From Balanoglossus misakiensis (Eukaryota; Animalia; Hemichordata): 64,000 bases of DNA. The position numbers were made by a program, and so were the translations under genes. The stretch is taken from assembly GCA_040954595.2 (NCBI GenBank), contig CM082586.2, positions 3,764,349-3,828,348 on the forward strand, given 5' to 3'. This document shows, piece after piece, positions 14,842 to 28,304 of the stretch. Below the pieces are notes generated by a model, which was not told the DNA's origin, did no database searches, and saw nothing but the letters and a program-made list of their open reading frames with translations. Every line of letters starts with the position of its first letter. Positions within the stretch are counted from its first letter, which is position 1.

Positions 14842-15427
14842 TACAGTAAGGTGAAGAGGCCTATATATTGTTCATGTGTGCAACAGCAAACGACAAGACA
14901 CATTTCGAGTGAAAGGTTTCATGTTCTGCCTAAGAGAGAATATATATAGTGCATGAGGCGCAAACTTGTAGCGTCCTCTATCGACCACTGGTCTGGTCTC
15001 TGGATACATCATTTTGGCCGAGATATTTTAGAGTACTGTCCTACAGTATTTGAAATACCCGCCAATGGTGGCGACATTTAAAAATCCTGAACTGGCCATA
15101 CCGTCCGCGTATGTCAAAAACCGAGTCTGACCTCTTGGCCTCGAAAGGAACCTTTTACCAACAGGTGTGAATAGTCTGGAATATATTTAAATTTTTATGA
15201 AGCCCGGGTCAGCGTAAACTGGAGCGTCTACGTTGCTCACCTGTTCCAAGAGACCAATCACAAGTGCTGTGGTCCACGTTTCAGGTCAGTGGAGAGTAAT
15301 TGACCAATCAGCATAATAGCACTTGGAACCATTTCAAATTGACCTATTTCTGCCTATGGCATGGCAACATCCAGGGGTTATGGGTCATGGGTGCAGAAAT
15401 TTGCAGAGTCATATTGGCTTGATTTAT

Positions 15428-15749
15428 TTAAGCAATAAAACACCCCCAGCCATGGTATACCACGAGATTTTGACCAGTTCAACTCCATATACGCACTCGC
15501 TATCGCTCTTGCGTATATGTCGTGAACTGGTCAAAATCTCGTGGTATACCATGGCTGGGGGTGTTTTATTGCTATTATATTATGCCAGTATATTGAAACT
15601 TTGCATAAAACATTTTAAAAAGGCATTTTCTTTGACTATGATATATGACTGTGGTATATGGCTAATATATCACGGTCACGTGTCGTGTATCGACCAATAA
15701 AATAGCGTGATTTACACCATCAATATACATGTACTGGTATAATATAATT
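15428..15749. mobile_element. Non-autonomous Crypton-like (CryptonV-type) palindromic element
   Basis: Perfect 51-bp inverted repeat 15431-15481/15523-15573 with an inner 9-bp stem (atatacgca/tgcgtatat). A second IR follows (attatattatgccagta 15574-15590 / tactggtataatataat 15732-15748, one mismatch). The ttaagcaataa...ttattgctattata ends and internal gtggtatatggctaatata resemble fish CryptonV non-autonomous elements as I recall them. Confidence 0.65.
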
Positions 15750-15909
15750 TTCATTTTTGGACTCTTGGGGGCGTTGTGTAAATGAAACAAACATGATGTT
15801 GACATTTCACAGCTGAAACCCATCGATCAACGTAGACGGGGAAGTCCAACCTAGCGAGACTCATATCGAGTGGCTTTGACTGACTAGCATAACCAGAAAA
15901 CGGAGAATC

Positions 15910-17521
15910 ATGGCCACATACACAGCCTCAACAGCTCCACTGAGAGTAGTCATGTTCCTCGGTACGGTGCGCGAAAATCGCCTTGGACTCCGGGTCGCTA
16001 AATTCATGAAAAATCAGCTGGAGAAGACGGGTCATGAGGTAAACTTATTTGGTAAGTACACACAAATTTCAGGGATAACATTGAGACTGGTTTCTCGTTG
16101 CATTGAGACATGAAGGTCGCAAGCCTGGGACCATGAGAACTAACGGTAGCACTGGATACATGATCGCAGGCAGGAACAAAAATCACTTTGCAAAGTTTTG
16201 AGGTTTGTCAAAGCGTCCAGTTATGGGCGTGGTTCCCTTGGCATGGCAACGAGCGAGGGAAACCAACTTTACTAGTAAGAACCTGACAGTTTTAATGGTG
16301 TGCAGTACCTTGGCTCAAGGTTTTGTCTGATCTGCGAATGATCGTGCAATATAGCCTAAGTGCACAACGTCAAGCATTCAAAAACGAAAGTGTTAACTTA
16401 TTTGAAACGAAAGTGGTGTTCTGACTCGTATGGGGTTTTCCAACCGCACTAAGAGAGAGAGAGACATCTTTCATTTTCGAAAGCATCAGGCGATCATGAG
16501 TAATCATCTTCTGTGACCTAAATTTCTACATTTGGTAAAGTGCTTGACCGTTGCCACAGTCATATACTTGTGTCAAAGTACACGTAGAAGTCAATTGAAT
16601 TTTTCAATGATATCAGAGACGGTTGCAAGCTATGCACAGATAAGGAATTGAGGAAAGAATTCTCGCAAGAATGCTGTCTTCAATTAAACATGTCATAGAT
16701 TAGCCCTGGGTAAACTATGTATGCACAGATAATGTAAATAGGAAAGGAATAGATACATTATGTAACAGAGAGAGAATGTCTCAATTGCCTAGACAAGTAG
16801 GTAAAGGATGAGATACATAAGGTTACATGCTGAGAGTACTAATGCCTGTACTTCGCTACTATGCACACCTACAGATCCACTGGAAATGAAGTTCCCGTTA
16901 TTGGAGAAGCCGATATTTCACTACTCGAAGGATCGCAGTGGTGCCCCGGAATGGTTGATCGAAGCAGAGAAGAAAGTGAAAGCAGCAGATGCGTACTTGA
17001 TTGTGACTGGAGAATACAACCACTCCATACCCCCAGCATTGTCTAACATGATGGATTACTTTGGTGGAAGTAGCTATGCTTGCAAGCCAAGTGGGATAGT
17101 TTGCTATTCGCCTGGTAAGTCTGTGTCACACACAATATTTGGCGCCACTCAACACTGTACACCATGTATTGTCAATGGTTATAAACTTTGTCACCAATAT
17201 TGGCTTTTATTTAGTACATGTAGATTGTACTTCAGTCAAACTTGAGTTTTAACTGTTTCGTTACTTTCATTTTTTCGCCTGTTACATCCAGGAATCTATG
17301 GTGGAATGAGGTCAGCCATGCAGCTCAGAGCCTTTCTGGGAGAGCTTGGCTGTCTCAGCGTATCCAACATCTTCGGAATTCCCAAAGTCCACGATGCCCT
17401 GGACGAAGATGGCAAAGCGCTGAACAGCCACATGGAGTCTGGCGCCAACAGGCTGATCAGTCAGTTAGACTGGAACGCACACGCTATGAGAAACCATCGC
17501 AACAACTTTGGCAATCTTTAA
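15910..17521 (+). CDS. NADPH-dependent FMN reductase / quinone-azoreductase family flavoprotein, 3 exons (15910-16051, 16875-17114, 17292-17521)
   Basis: Spliced frame with GTVRENRLG (GSxR FMN loop), [25 protein letters not shown] (PEYNxSxPxxLKNxxD motif) and [16 protein letters not shown]. Two phase-1 GT-AG introns; AATAAA near 17962. Confidence 0.9.
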
Positions 17522-18308
17522 AACCTACGTTGTTTCGAGATTCAGAAAGTTGTTAGAACTAATGGATCTTTAATGGGTAAAGGCTACCCAGCATATAAGT
17601 TGCCTCAATCATTGATATGAAACAAAAGGCAGTAATTCAAGTTTCCTATTAAGTAAAAAACACCCAAAAAAGAACTCTGTGAAATTCTAATACACGAATT
17701 TATAAACTGTAATCCCATCTGCTTGATGACAAAATAATTCAATCTGCTTGATGTACTGTTTTTGCCATATTGTTTCATTTAGTCCAATGTACTCAGTACT
17801 TTGCTTGTTTATACTTACAACCCAAGAGTCAATCCTTTATTACTATAGTAAACAACCGTGCCATATAAAGTATTTATTGTAGGTATGTCGGGGTATTTCA
17901 TGATTGAGACTCTGTATAGTTACTGTGGTAAATGTTTTTGTCTACACAATATTTCTGTTTTAATAAAATGGTGGTGGTTCTGTGGCTTGAGGTCTGGTGT
18001 CACTCATTCTGCTCGTCTATTCATCTAAACTACACACACATTTAATATCAAAAATATGCTATCAATCTACAAGAAACCAAAAAGACTAAACGAAAATGAG
18101 TTGGAGTTCTTCTAAAATTTGCACACATAAATAGGAGTACAATAGCACCAGAAAAGAGAGTATCTCCTGTTTGCAAGAATATGTTTAAGGGAGAGGTTAT
18201 CTGAACAGTGCGTGTGCGACTTTTCTGTTTCTGAACACAGCATCACATGTTCCCTTTATTCAGGCACGGTCAGTAGGACAAACATACTGGCTGTGACACA
18301 ACCAACTA

Positions 18309-21300
18309 TTATTGGTCTGTTGGTTTGATCAGTTCGTACTCGGCCGCCTTCTCGAGGGCTTGCAGCGCCAGTTGTCGAATGGTCGCTTTCTCCTCGCCCG
18401 TCTCCTTGGAGATGACCATCAGGATTTCCAGCAGCTTGCTCTCAATCAATTTAGTGGCAATGTCTTTGTCGCACATGATCGTGTTCACTATGATGTACAA
18501 CGCCCTGTGTTGGACTTCCAGGGATTCTGACAGACAGATCTGCTGTAGGATTTCCACGTGGGCTTTGACCTTTGAACCCCAAAAGAGAATTATACATTAG
18601 CATAATTATTGCACCTCTTTAGCATAATTATTGTACATGTATGTGCAGCAATGGTAACAATGACTCATAAGTTCAATTTATGACCTCTGCAGTTTTAACC
18701 CCTTTTCACACTGACTTTGGTATGCCCCTATTGTATTTGATGCAACGGGTGCACACATGTACAGGGCAAGAGGGGTAGCAGGGTGGAACAGAGGAACTAC
18801 TTACAGTGGCTATCTTCTTGCAGGCAATCTCATGGTGTGAGAGAATAGCCAATGCACCGGTCACTCCTCGTACCAGACCAACATCTTCCTCTCCGGCCAA
18901 GACGGTCAGCAGTTTGACTTTGTCATTCTCGGCTAAATACGAGTCCACCACCTGTGGCAAAGAAACAATAAAACAATCAATATTATTCAGTGAAAATGTA
19001 TTAGGAAATCACACTGGATAATCTAAGGGGAAAAAAATCAGAACTCACCTCTTCACTTACGACAAGATTGCAGATACACTCAGCTGCAGCTCTCTGTATC
19101 ATTTCATGATCTTCATACAAATAATGTTCGATAGCAGGAAGACCCTTTTCTTTGACAATCCGCTTCCTATAGAAGTGACCAAAATAAAAATAATCAAACT
19201 TTAAGATACACTAATTTGGCAGTGCTAGGAAACACGTTTTTTAACCATTTGGCTTGTAGCATCATTTGTGATCGATGCTTCTGTATGCTCACCTGACAGA
19301 TTCGCTCATCTGGGCAAGATTGGTGAGAGCCATCAGGGCTTCGAAATTTTGGAGACCAGTGTTGTCTATGTGCAGCAACGCAATCAACGGACGGACAACT
19401 TCAAGAGCCTGTATAAAGAATCGAGGTATAACTGGAAGTAAGTTGAGAGCAAACCTCACTCGAAATACAAGTTGGTGTGGCACACATCTTCATACAAAAG
19501 TGCTGGTTGTCCTAAAACTCTAAATATCGCCGTAGATTGATATGTGGCCATGACTTGTTAAAAGACAAATCATGGCTTCACAAGTTTGTACCTACCCTTT
19601 GACCCGGAAATGCTATCTCTGGGTTGTTTGTGATGCCAATCTTGGCCAGTGCTTGTGCAGCCAACGTTTTGCCTCTCTCAGTGCCGCTATTCGCCATGGC
19701 GACGCAAGCTTTGGCGCCCCCTTGAGCCACGACCAGACCGCGGTTGTCTTGATCGTCCACCAACGCCAGGAATGATCTGGTGATCGAATATAAATCATCA
19801 ATTGTTCAACCCTTTGATCAGTATACACTTGGTTGTTCCCTGCATATTCTATAGTGAGGGTGAATCCATATTTAGGGGAATGTGGATGATAGGGTCACAT
19901 TAGTCCGTCTGTCTGAAATTACTGATCTGACTCACCTTGACAGTAACTCCCTGATAGCTTTGCTCTCTGTTTTCGACATCGTTACCATTGCTGTTACGAC
20001 TCCGTTCCTCAGAAGGGTTTTGGCTCGCTTGGCTACAAATTCTGGGGCATCCTGTTACAAGATGTCAAAAAGAAGAATGCATGAACAAACGAGAAGATAG
20101 GTCCAGTCCAAACCTACAGAAGTGCCTCTCCCTGTTATATCATTTCTCTATAACTAACTGCACAGACCTCAGTCAATTGACAGCAAACACAAAACTGCCC
20201 TATATAACCGAGGTCTGGAAAACAATACGCTCCTGTGTGGAGCAAGACAGTGTTCTTCCAGCTTTCCCCGAATTCCAGAAGTCTCCCAACAGATCATTCC
20301 TTACCTTTGGATGATCCTCCGGAACATGTTGCTTGGCAAACTTGGCCAGGTCCACCAACTCTTGGGGTGGCTTTTCCCGGTCGTAGGAGGTCAGATTGTC
20401 AAACACCGATGCAATACCAAAGTACATGGTAGAGTCTGCTTGCTGTGGGTTATGAAAAGACAGGAAGCGTTATAATCTTCTACAGAGGGCGCAATACGAA
20501 GCAAAACACATGATGCTCGGGTGGTAGTAAAATGATGAATCAACTGTTACCTTGGCAACCTCAATAATGGCCGACACTGCCTCCTGGTCTTCACAGAGAG
20601 CTTCTTTGACATCAGCATCAAGTGTGAGATACGCCATGCCTTCTGCCGCCCACTTGCGTATATCCAGATCTTTCTTTGCACTCACCAGAAATCTGTGTGC
20701 AGATGATCATAGAACCAGGATGAACAGTTGGCAAAAATAATAAGTGGCTACATTTCTTGCGAGATACTTTTCCTCAAAATGAACATGCCCTCCCATCTTT
20801 CACAACCAGTAACAAAAGATTCCAAGAATCCCAACTGAAATGACTTACTCTCTGATTTCTGCGGCCAATCTCACTGTAGAACCGTCCGCAAAAGACTTGA
20901 TACTGGCATCTGAACCACCGTAGCTTCCCAGTTTGCACAATCCCACTAGCGCTCTCACACGGACCCGCTCCGATGTGCTTTTGTCCCTGTATAGCTCCTT
21001 CAGAGTTGATACGCTGGCCGTGAGAGTGCCTTTGCAGTATTTGCTTTTACTGGCTGAATGGATGATGGCTTCTGTTGCTATGACCTGCAAAGGAACATGG
21101 CACTCATTATGAAATATCAGATTCCCAGCAAGACATGCCCCATGTGAGAGAGAAAGTACAGCTCTAATACAAGAAAAGTTCATGAGTAGCAGAAAGTATG
21201 AAAGCAAAAAATCATAGAAACTAAAAGAACCAAAATAATTTTTGACACCTTGCCGCTTACCTGCAATTTCTCATCTTTGCTTGCCGCCATAGCAACCATG

Positions 21301-21822
21301 ACCTCCAAGACCCCTTCTCTGGTCAGCATGTCGTTACCGACATCATAGGGCCCCTGCAGCAGAGCTGATATGGTGGTGATGGCCTCCATATTGGATTCCA
21401 TCACACTGTGGGTAAATTTCTCCCTGATTAAGGACGATAAGAAAAACATTTAGAATTGCACGAAATTATTCAATCTATTAATCGCCATCATCACAAAAGA
21501 AGTGGACTGTTTGTTGAGTGCATCGTACTTACGTGAGGAATTTATGACAAAGTTCCCGGAAGTACTCCCGTTTCTTGTCACCGGTCATTTCATCGTAGAG
21601 GACATTGAGCAAGACAGAGGAGTGCATTCTTGTGTTGGGCGTGATTCGGAGTCTCTTCAGCTCGGGCACTTGGCAAGCCACGTGAAGAACTTTATTCAAA
21701 CCTGAGAGCAATCAAGCAGAATGCATTGCTGTGAATGTCATTGATTGATTAGTTGGTTGGTTGGTTGATCAATTGATTGATTGATTGACTGACTGACTGA
21801 CTAAATGATTGGTTGATTGATA

Positions 21823-21906
<84 letters not shown>

Positions 21907-23869
21907 AAATAAACTAGCAGTTAGCTTTTACCACAATCAGTTTTTATACAGAAGAAAATCTGTCTTCATTGTATCATGGTAAGAACTGGTCCAACTTTAT
22001 GTAGTTACTTTACAATTTTATGGACCAGCTCACAAAAATTCCATTTCCCAAAGAAAACCGGGTAGCACTAATCCACATCTACTGACCTCCATTGGTGACA
22101 AAAGTCAACGCTTTGCATATTCCACCCTTTTCAGGCAAAACCTTGATAAGCACGTCTATGATCGCATCTCTGCCGTACGCCGTCACATCCTTGTCGTTCA
22201 GGATCTTCATGGTGAAATACAGCAAGGCTTTGAGTTCACTGGTCACATCTGAAAGACATGGATGAAAAAGACAAGAAATCACCATGGGTGCCTATAGCTG
22301 ATTTCTGGCATATATATTCCAGATATTGACAACCAGGGACTCCTCACTGACAGACCATATGCTCTGAGACACAAATAAACTTGAATGATTAGATCTACTC
22401 ATCATTCCAACAAAAACTGCCATCTTGGCATTCCAGGCTCAAACAGAGACTCACTTACCAATGACTAATGCTTGATCTTTGCCGCGTGGATCCCTTTTGT
22501 CTTCGCCGACCAACGACAGGATAATCTGCTGTAAGAGGTTACCAGCTGCGTTGACCAGTTCCTCATCATCGACAGCCATGAACTTGAAAAACGTGTCCAA
22601 GGTGACCTCCTTCAGGACAGCATAGGCCTGAACACACGCAAAGGGAAAAATGTTTGTATTTGTGAGAAAAATTACAGAAACCTGATTTTCACCATCACTG
22701 AGTTTTGCTACTACTTCCTGGAGAAAACATACACCAATCATTCTACACAAAATGTCACATGACTGTCACATGACTACATACCCTTGTCTTGTGACCAGTA
22801 CACAGGCATGCCAATGCCCTGAGACCGGACAAACTCGTCTCGTGGTCCTCATCTCCGGCTAGCTGAATGATTCTTGAAACCCCGCCTTCTCGGAATATCC
22901 TCTCAGCGCCTGCTTCTTCTCGGGCGAGAACGATCAAATTCTGAGCTGCCTGCGCACAAATCAAACAATGACCATGTTAGAGATTCTCTGAAGATCAAAT
23001 AACCTTTGGTGAACAGTATATCGGTAATCAACTTTGTAGTTACATACTGAAATAAAGCTTCGGCCAAGACCTTACATCTAGGTCCTGGTCATTATTATTT
23101 TTACCAATTACATGTATTACCATCTTTAATATTTTTACACATCGGGTATTCTACTCACCTGTCGTTTCCGTTCGACATCTTCTTCCGTTTTTGTGTTGAG
23201 TAAATTAAACATCTGGGCAACTTTGTGATCTGTTTTGCTGCTGTCTTCCGCCTGAGAAGAAAGAGCACGTATGAGACTACAAGCTGGTAACAGACAATTT
23301 TCTCCAACTTCTTACAAGCAACTGTCAACCTGTTTTAACTGAAGACTAAGATCTAAAGATACAAAATCACCAGACGTACTTTCTTGGTGAGAGCTGCGGT
23401 AAGTCTTCTGCACATGCTCTGTACGGCTGTGTTGTTGGGATCCAATCGAATCAGCTGTCTGGATTCTTGATAAGCTTCTTCTAATCTCCCAAGATGCTCT
23501 AGCGCCTGGCATTTTCTGTACAGCGCCTTCGTGTCGCCCGGAGTGATTCCGAGAGCTGGAAGGATTTGGAGGAAAGATGTGAGGTCAGGTATCACTACTG
23601 TTCCCTGCTGAGATGAGTTGTCCCCTTTTTACGTATGTAGCACTCTTATACTATCGGCACTTACCTGTGTCAGAATCATTTATTGCTGTCTTGTAATCTT
23701 CCAACTTCAGGAAGCATGCTGCTCTGTTTTTGAATAACACAGCTCTGTCATTCTGATTGTCCTTTGGGCACACTTCAATAGCCCTGCTATATGCTCCCAC
23801 AGCATCTTTGAATTTGCCTTCTTTGAAAAGACGGTTGCCTTCTTCCTTGAGTTTTATAGGATCATCCAT
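18309..23869 (-). CDS. UNC45: Protein unc-45 homolog (TPR + central ARM + UCS myosin chaperone), ~17 coding exons
   Basis: N-terminal TPRs ([25 protein letters not shown]; [14 protein letters not shown]). UNC-45 motifs include [84 protein letters not shown] and [14 protein letters not shown]. The exons checked join at GT-AG. Confidence 0.95.
21740..21906. repeat. (GATT)n / (GGTT)n / (GACT)n microsatellite in an UNC45 intron
   Basis: Direct reading. Confidence 0.95.
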
Positions 23870-25159
23870 CTGATCAGAATAAAAATGAAAGCAGCATTAT
23901 GAATAAATTGTAATAGTTCACAAAATGATAGAATTTGAAATATTCTGCATGAAAGAATTTGAAATATTCTGATGTACTATCGCTCAGGGCCTCAATAATA
24001 AAACATCAATATCCTGAATAAGACAATCTCAGGCCTTGGAATCCTCATCAGAAAGGCAGCTATGTCAACAGTCAATGAACAAATGTTAATACAACTTCAA
24101 ACTAAAATTGAACTGGTCAAATTCTGTACCACTTTTCCAGACAGATTGTACCAGTGGTATTTTCCTGTACTGCTACCACTGTCGAGTAGTCGTCAACTCG
24201 AAGAACTTTCCCGAAATCCCAAAAGTATGCGTGGAATGTCATTCCATTCCAGGGACATGGGGGAGAACGCCGTTCACAATCGTGAGGCAAAAATTAAATT
24301 CTAATATCGAGGACACAATCACATGGCGTTTTCCCATGAAAAAGGTCATTGCTGATGATATTTGAGAAACTTAAGATACACACCTTTGTTCAGATCAATA
24401 CAGACGTCGTTCAATTGATGGATTGATAACACACGTTGACAACTGGTCAGCTGTACAGCTACACTGAAGGTCAAGAAAGTCGGACGAGTTTTTGCCGTTC
24501 ACGAATTCAGTTTTCCGCCGATCTTGGTCATCTGAGGCCAACCGATAGATTGTTTCACTGTCTTCGCACTGAAGAAGACCCACCTACTGGACCAAACCCC
24601 AAAACTCCCGAAATATGAATGAACTGGGCGACGACTCGGTTGAATCATGTACATTCATTCATACTTCCGGCTTCTTTGGGGTCAAAGGTCACGATGACAT
24701 GTACACATGGAGGCGGCCACCAGAGGGTGTTATCCACAGTCCCTCAAACTTATTGTTCTGTCAACTTCCCCTCTCCTATAATGTAATTGTTTCAATCTCC
24801 AGTGTATATACCAAACATGAACACCAAGCAAGTTATTGGAAAGTAAGTACAGTTTATTTTATTATAATAAAACTGCATGGAATTGTTCTGTCTCACTAAA
24901 GACAGTCTTGAAACTGGCCATTACACAAATCGGTACAAGGGGGTTACTACATGGAACATTTGAAACTGCTTCAAAATTTCAAGTTATACACTCAGTAAAC
25001 AATGATATGAAAACTGTTACACACAAAATACAGTCACAAATATACACTTTTGACAAAAGTACTGGCTAAAATGCTATGTCATTCAAACTTCCTGTCTGGT
25101 GACTGTGAGTCCAGTGCTGTATCACCAGCAACCTACAACCCTGTACTTGTTTATTTTGC

Positions 25160-27494
25160 TCACTGGTGGCTACTGAATATATGCCCGTTGAATTCAACCG
25201 TGTTATTGAAATGCTGCCTGCAGACACTACACTGAAATGGACCATCGCTGCCATGGAGCGTCCGGTGCATGGCAAACACCATGGCGCTGTCAAAGTTTAT
25301 TCCGCAGGCGTTGCAGCGATTGGTCGCCTTCGGGGGACGGTCCTGACTCGAGTGGGGGACCTCACTGGGTTCAATCTCCTTTTCGACGGTTTTTAAGTTC
25401 ACCTGGACAGCACGATCGTGGCTGGCGACCTTGTCTGTCTGGCTTTGCTTGTCCGAGGCCTTCCTGGCCGTCTGCAGTTCCCTCTGCAGAGGCCTGATGG
25501 CATTGTCAGTAGGGTTGACTACCCAGGTGCACACGCCTTGGCTGGTGGTTGGACTGGCCAGGTGTACTGCTTCGGTTCTCTGTGGTTGCGTACGCGGGGC
25601 AGGCTCGGAAGAAGTGGTTGTAGACTGTGGGAACCTCCGACTGGAATACTGCGGCGGAGCTGTCGCCACGGTGACTGGCTGGCCGGACGGACTCGACATC
25701 GGAATGTGTTGCTTGGCAGGTATCGGCAGGGTGACGGGCGCAGTTCTGTTCAGCGTTGCCATGGTGGGCTGCGGCAGTTTGTGGCGCTGGATCGGAAACT
25801 GAATAACGTTCGGCCACGCTTCGCTGTTCCCTGCTGGAAGACCTCGGCTTTGTGGGGCATGACCCACAACGGGACGCACTGTGCTGCTCATCGAACCGAA
25901 CTGCTCGAAATCTGCAGACACCGGCTCCACCCGTATCCGTTTCACCGGCGAGTGCCCCCTCGCGCCCGACACCACGCCCTCTTTCGGGAGAATATTCTTC
26001 ATGACGTCGTGCATCAGCTTCGAATCTGAGATGTTCGTCTTCTTCAAGTCGGCCAGGGTGAGCTGCAGGCTCTTGTTGGTGTACACCTGCGAGAGTTCGG
26101 CTTCCTGAGACAGCTGCACCATCATAGAGCCGATCTTGCGAACCCCGAGGGCGAGGTGCTGGTACCACAGCAGCAGATGGTCTAAGTCGCTGTAAATGTC
26201 CGGTTTGACCGGTCGCTGCCAAAAATTCTCACACACAGGGTGCAGCTTGCTCATGTATTTCTTCAGAGTTTTCACTGGACACTTGGAACAGCCTTACCGA
26301 AAAAAAAAAAAAAAGAAAAGAACATACTTGTTAGTAAATCAGACCACGTGTATATGTAACTGCCTAACCGGGATTACTCATTGATAACTGCATCCCTGAC
26401 AGTAGAATCTAGAAAACTCACATACAGTGGTACATCTCACCGTTTATTGCTAATAGAGTAACTGAATTGCTTTCGTCCAGAGATCCCACTGGACCCCCTG
26501 CGATGGTGCAGTACTCTCGGCCATTTTCTTCGCAATCGAACTTGATCATGTCTCTCGTGACAGCACTAAGATCGTTCCGACTGTAGCCGACGTTGGAAAA
26601 GAGCATAAGATCCACAAATACTTTATTCTGTAGTCCGGTCGGGTTCCTCTCATTGAGGCAGCTACTGGTGTACAACTTCTTCAGATCGGCGAGCGATATG
26701 ACCGGAACTCTCTTGGCGTGGGCAAAACCCGACTCCAGCAGCTGTTGGCACTTCTCCTGGAACTTAGAATTGGCGAGCTCGAACGACGGATTGTGCACCG
26801 TGTTGATGTTCTTCACTGTCAGCAGGTACCGCTGGATGCCCGCCCTCATGGCTTTCAGACTGGAGAGACTGTACACCGTCCCGTCCTTGCGTTTCATGTT
26901 CGTGAAGAAGTCCGCCAGCAAGTTGTTCAGTTCGGGCTCCGAGAGACTCTCGAAGTCGGAGTTGCCGAAGTTGTCCTTGTAGAAATCCCTCAGCGCTTTC
27001 ACGGCCATGCGCGTCACTTTCAAGGTATTTTCACTGATGCCCCCAGAGTCTGATTCCGAGGTGGTGGATGAATCCTCAATCTCAATCAGTTCAGGATAAC
27101 TCATGATAGCGCTGTCGGTCAGATTGATGATTTCTGCCTCCGTCTTTATCAGCGACACTGTTGCGCTATCACCGGAAGAGTTCCTTCTCACCGTCTCCGG
27201 ACTTCGCAGTACCACATCTGACGAAGCATTTAACATTAGGTGTGGGTTGCTGAACAGCGGTGACCCGGGGCTGGAATGCGGACCAGACATCCGAACAGAG
27301 GACCCAGTGTTGCCATGGGGACTGGGCATCCCTGAACTACACATCACTGCGGACATGCTCTGCGAATCTGCCACCACAGATGGGTTTCCATGGGAACCGG
27401 ACACAGTGGATGAGTTGCTCTGAGTGGCTGGAGTGATGTTGGGCCTGCACTGGGACATTTCTGAGCGACTCTGTGAATGATAGTCACCGGACAT
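25160..27494 (-). CDS. Paralogue A: DUF3504-like (Crypton-derived) domain protein with a C-terminal Ikaros/Hunchback-type C2H2 pair; exons 27494-26441 and 26292-25160 (~728 aa)
   Basis: Motifs ENTLKVTRMAVKALRDF, LNNLLADFFTNMKRKDGTVYSLSSLKAMRAGIQRYL, NPTGLQNKVFVDLML, CPVKTLKKYMSKLHP..FWQRP, LGVRKIGSMMVQLSQEAELSQVYTN match the KCTD1/QRICH1/ZMYM/Crypton domain. The C-terminus is CNAC-x12-HRTLH-GSDGPFQCSVC-x12-HIFSSH*. A phase-1 intron (26293-26440) has an AAG acceptor. The start codon is inferred. Confidence 0.82.
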
Positions 27495-27920
27495 TGTGCC
27501 TGGCGATGGAGAAGCACACACTTAATAAATCAATACATCTATAACAGAATGTCTCATCATCTTGACATCATATACTAATACCTTGAATCACGTGGGGCTA
27601 CATTTAGTACAAGTGTTATTGCAGGCCTCTTGCAAAATACCAACGCTTTGGTTATATAAAATAACTTACTTAAGTTTAAAGTCTACTAGCATTACTCCCA
27701 ACATCTCTGCAACGCGATAGTTTACTTCGATGTCGCTCCAGCTCAGCGGTTGTACCGTTTACACACTTTTCATTCTCGTAGTACTATTACAATGTACATA
27801 TCATATCAACAACGGGTCGAGCCTCTCTGGGTCACGCGATTACTTCCGGGTTCACAAGTTCATCAAGGTCATATTCGCATGGGGACTAACGTTGGTGGCG
27901 CACTATAGGAAAGTGTACAC

Positions 27921-27942
27921 GGGGGGGGGGGGGGGGGGGGGG
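27921..27942. repeat. Poly-G tract
   Basis: Run of about 22 G between paralogues A and B. Confidence 0.9.
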
Positions 27943-28304
27943 GTCCATAAATTAGAAACGAAAAAATCACGGTCACTCATTTATTTACAATAACAATTCA
28001 GAATTTCGATGAAAAACATACAATGCCATCACAGGCAATTACCTAAAAGTTGTCTTAAATTCAGAAGTGTGTATTCTTAATACAATATTTCAAAAAAGCA
28101 CTGAAAAATCTGATTCTATGAAAGCTCTCTCAATATATATATATATATATTATCTCAGTTTATGGCTGTACAAGTACATCAACAGTATAAGCAGCTTTCA
28201 AAATACACTATGTATTAATAAGGAAGCTTGTTTGGAACAAAACAGGCACGAAACTATCATTTGCCCACAAACAGACATTGAACTATATTTGATATACACC
28301 TCCA

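Noticed and set aside
20385-20400. UNC45 NLTSYD appears one residue shorter than the usual N.TNSYD
   Set aside because: In-frame single-codon difference with no sign of pseudogenisation.
23930-23970. Short tandem duplication agaatttgaaatattctg (similar cases at ~18597-18635 and ~17716-17752)
   Set aside because: Ordinary slippage duplications in non-coding DNA.
25237-27423. Plus-strand and alternate-frame ORFs (e.g. 25418-26029, 25506-26222, 26593-26982)
   Set aside because: Antisense or shifted shadows of the GC-rich exons of paralogue A; no motifs.
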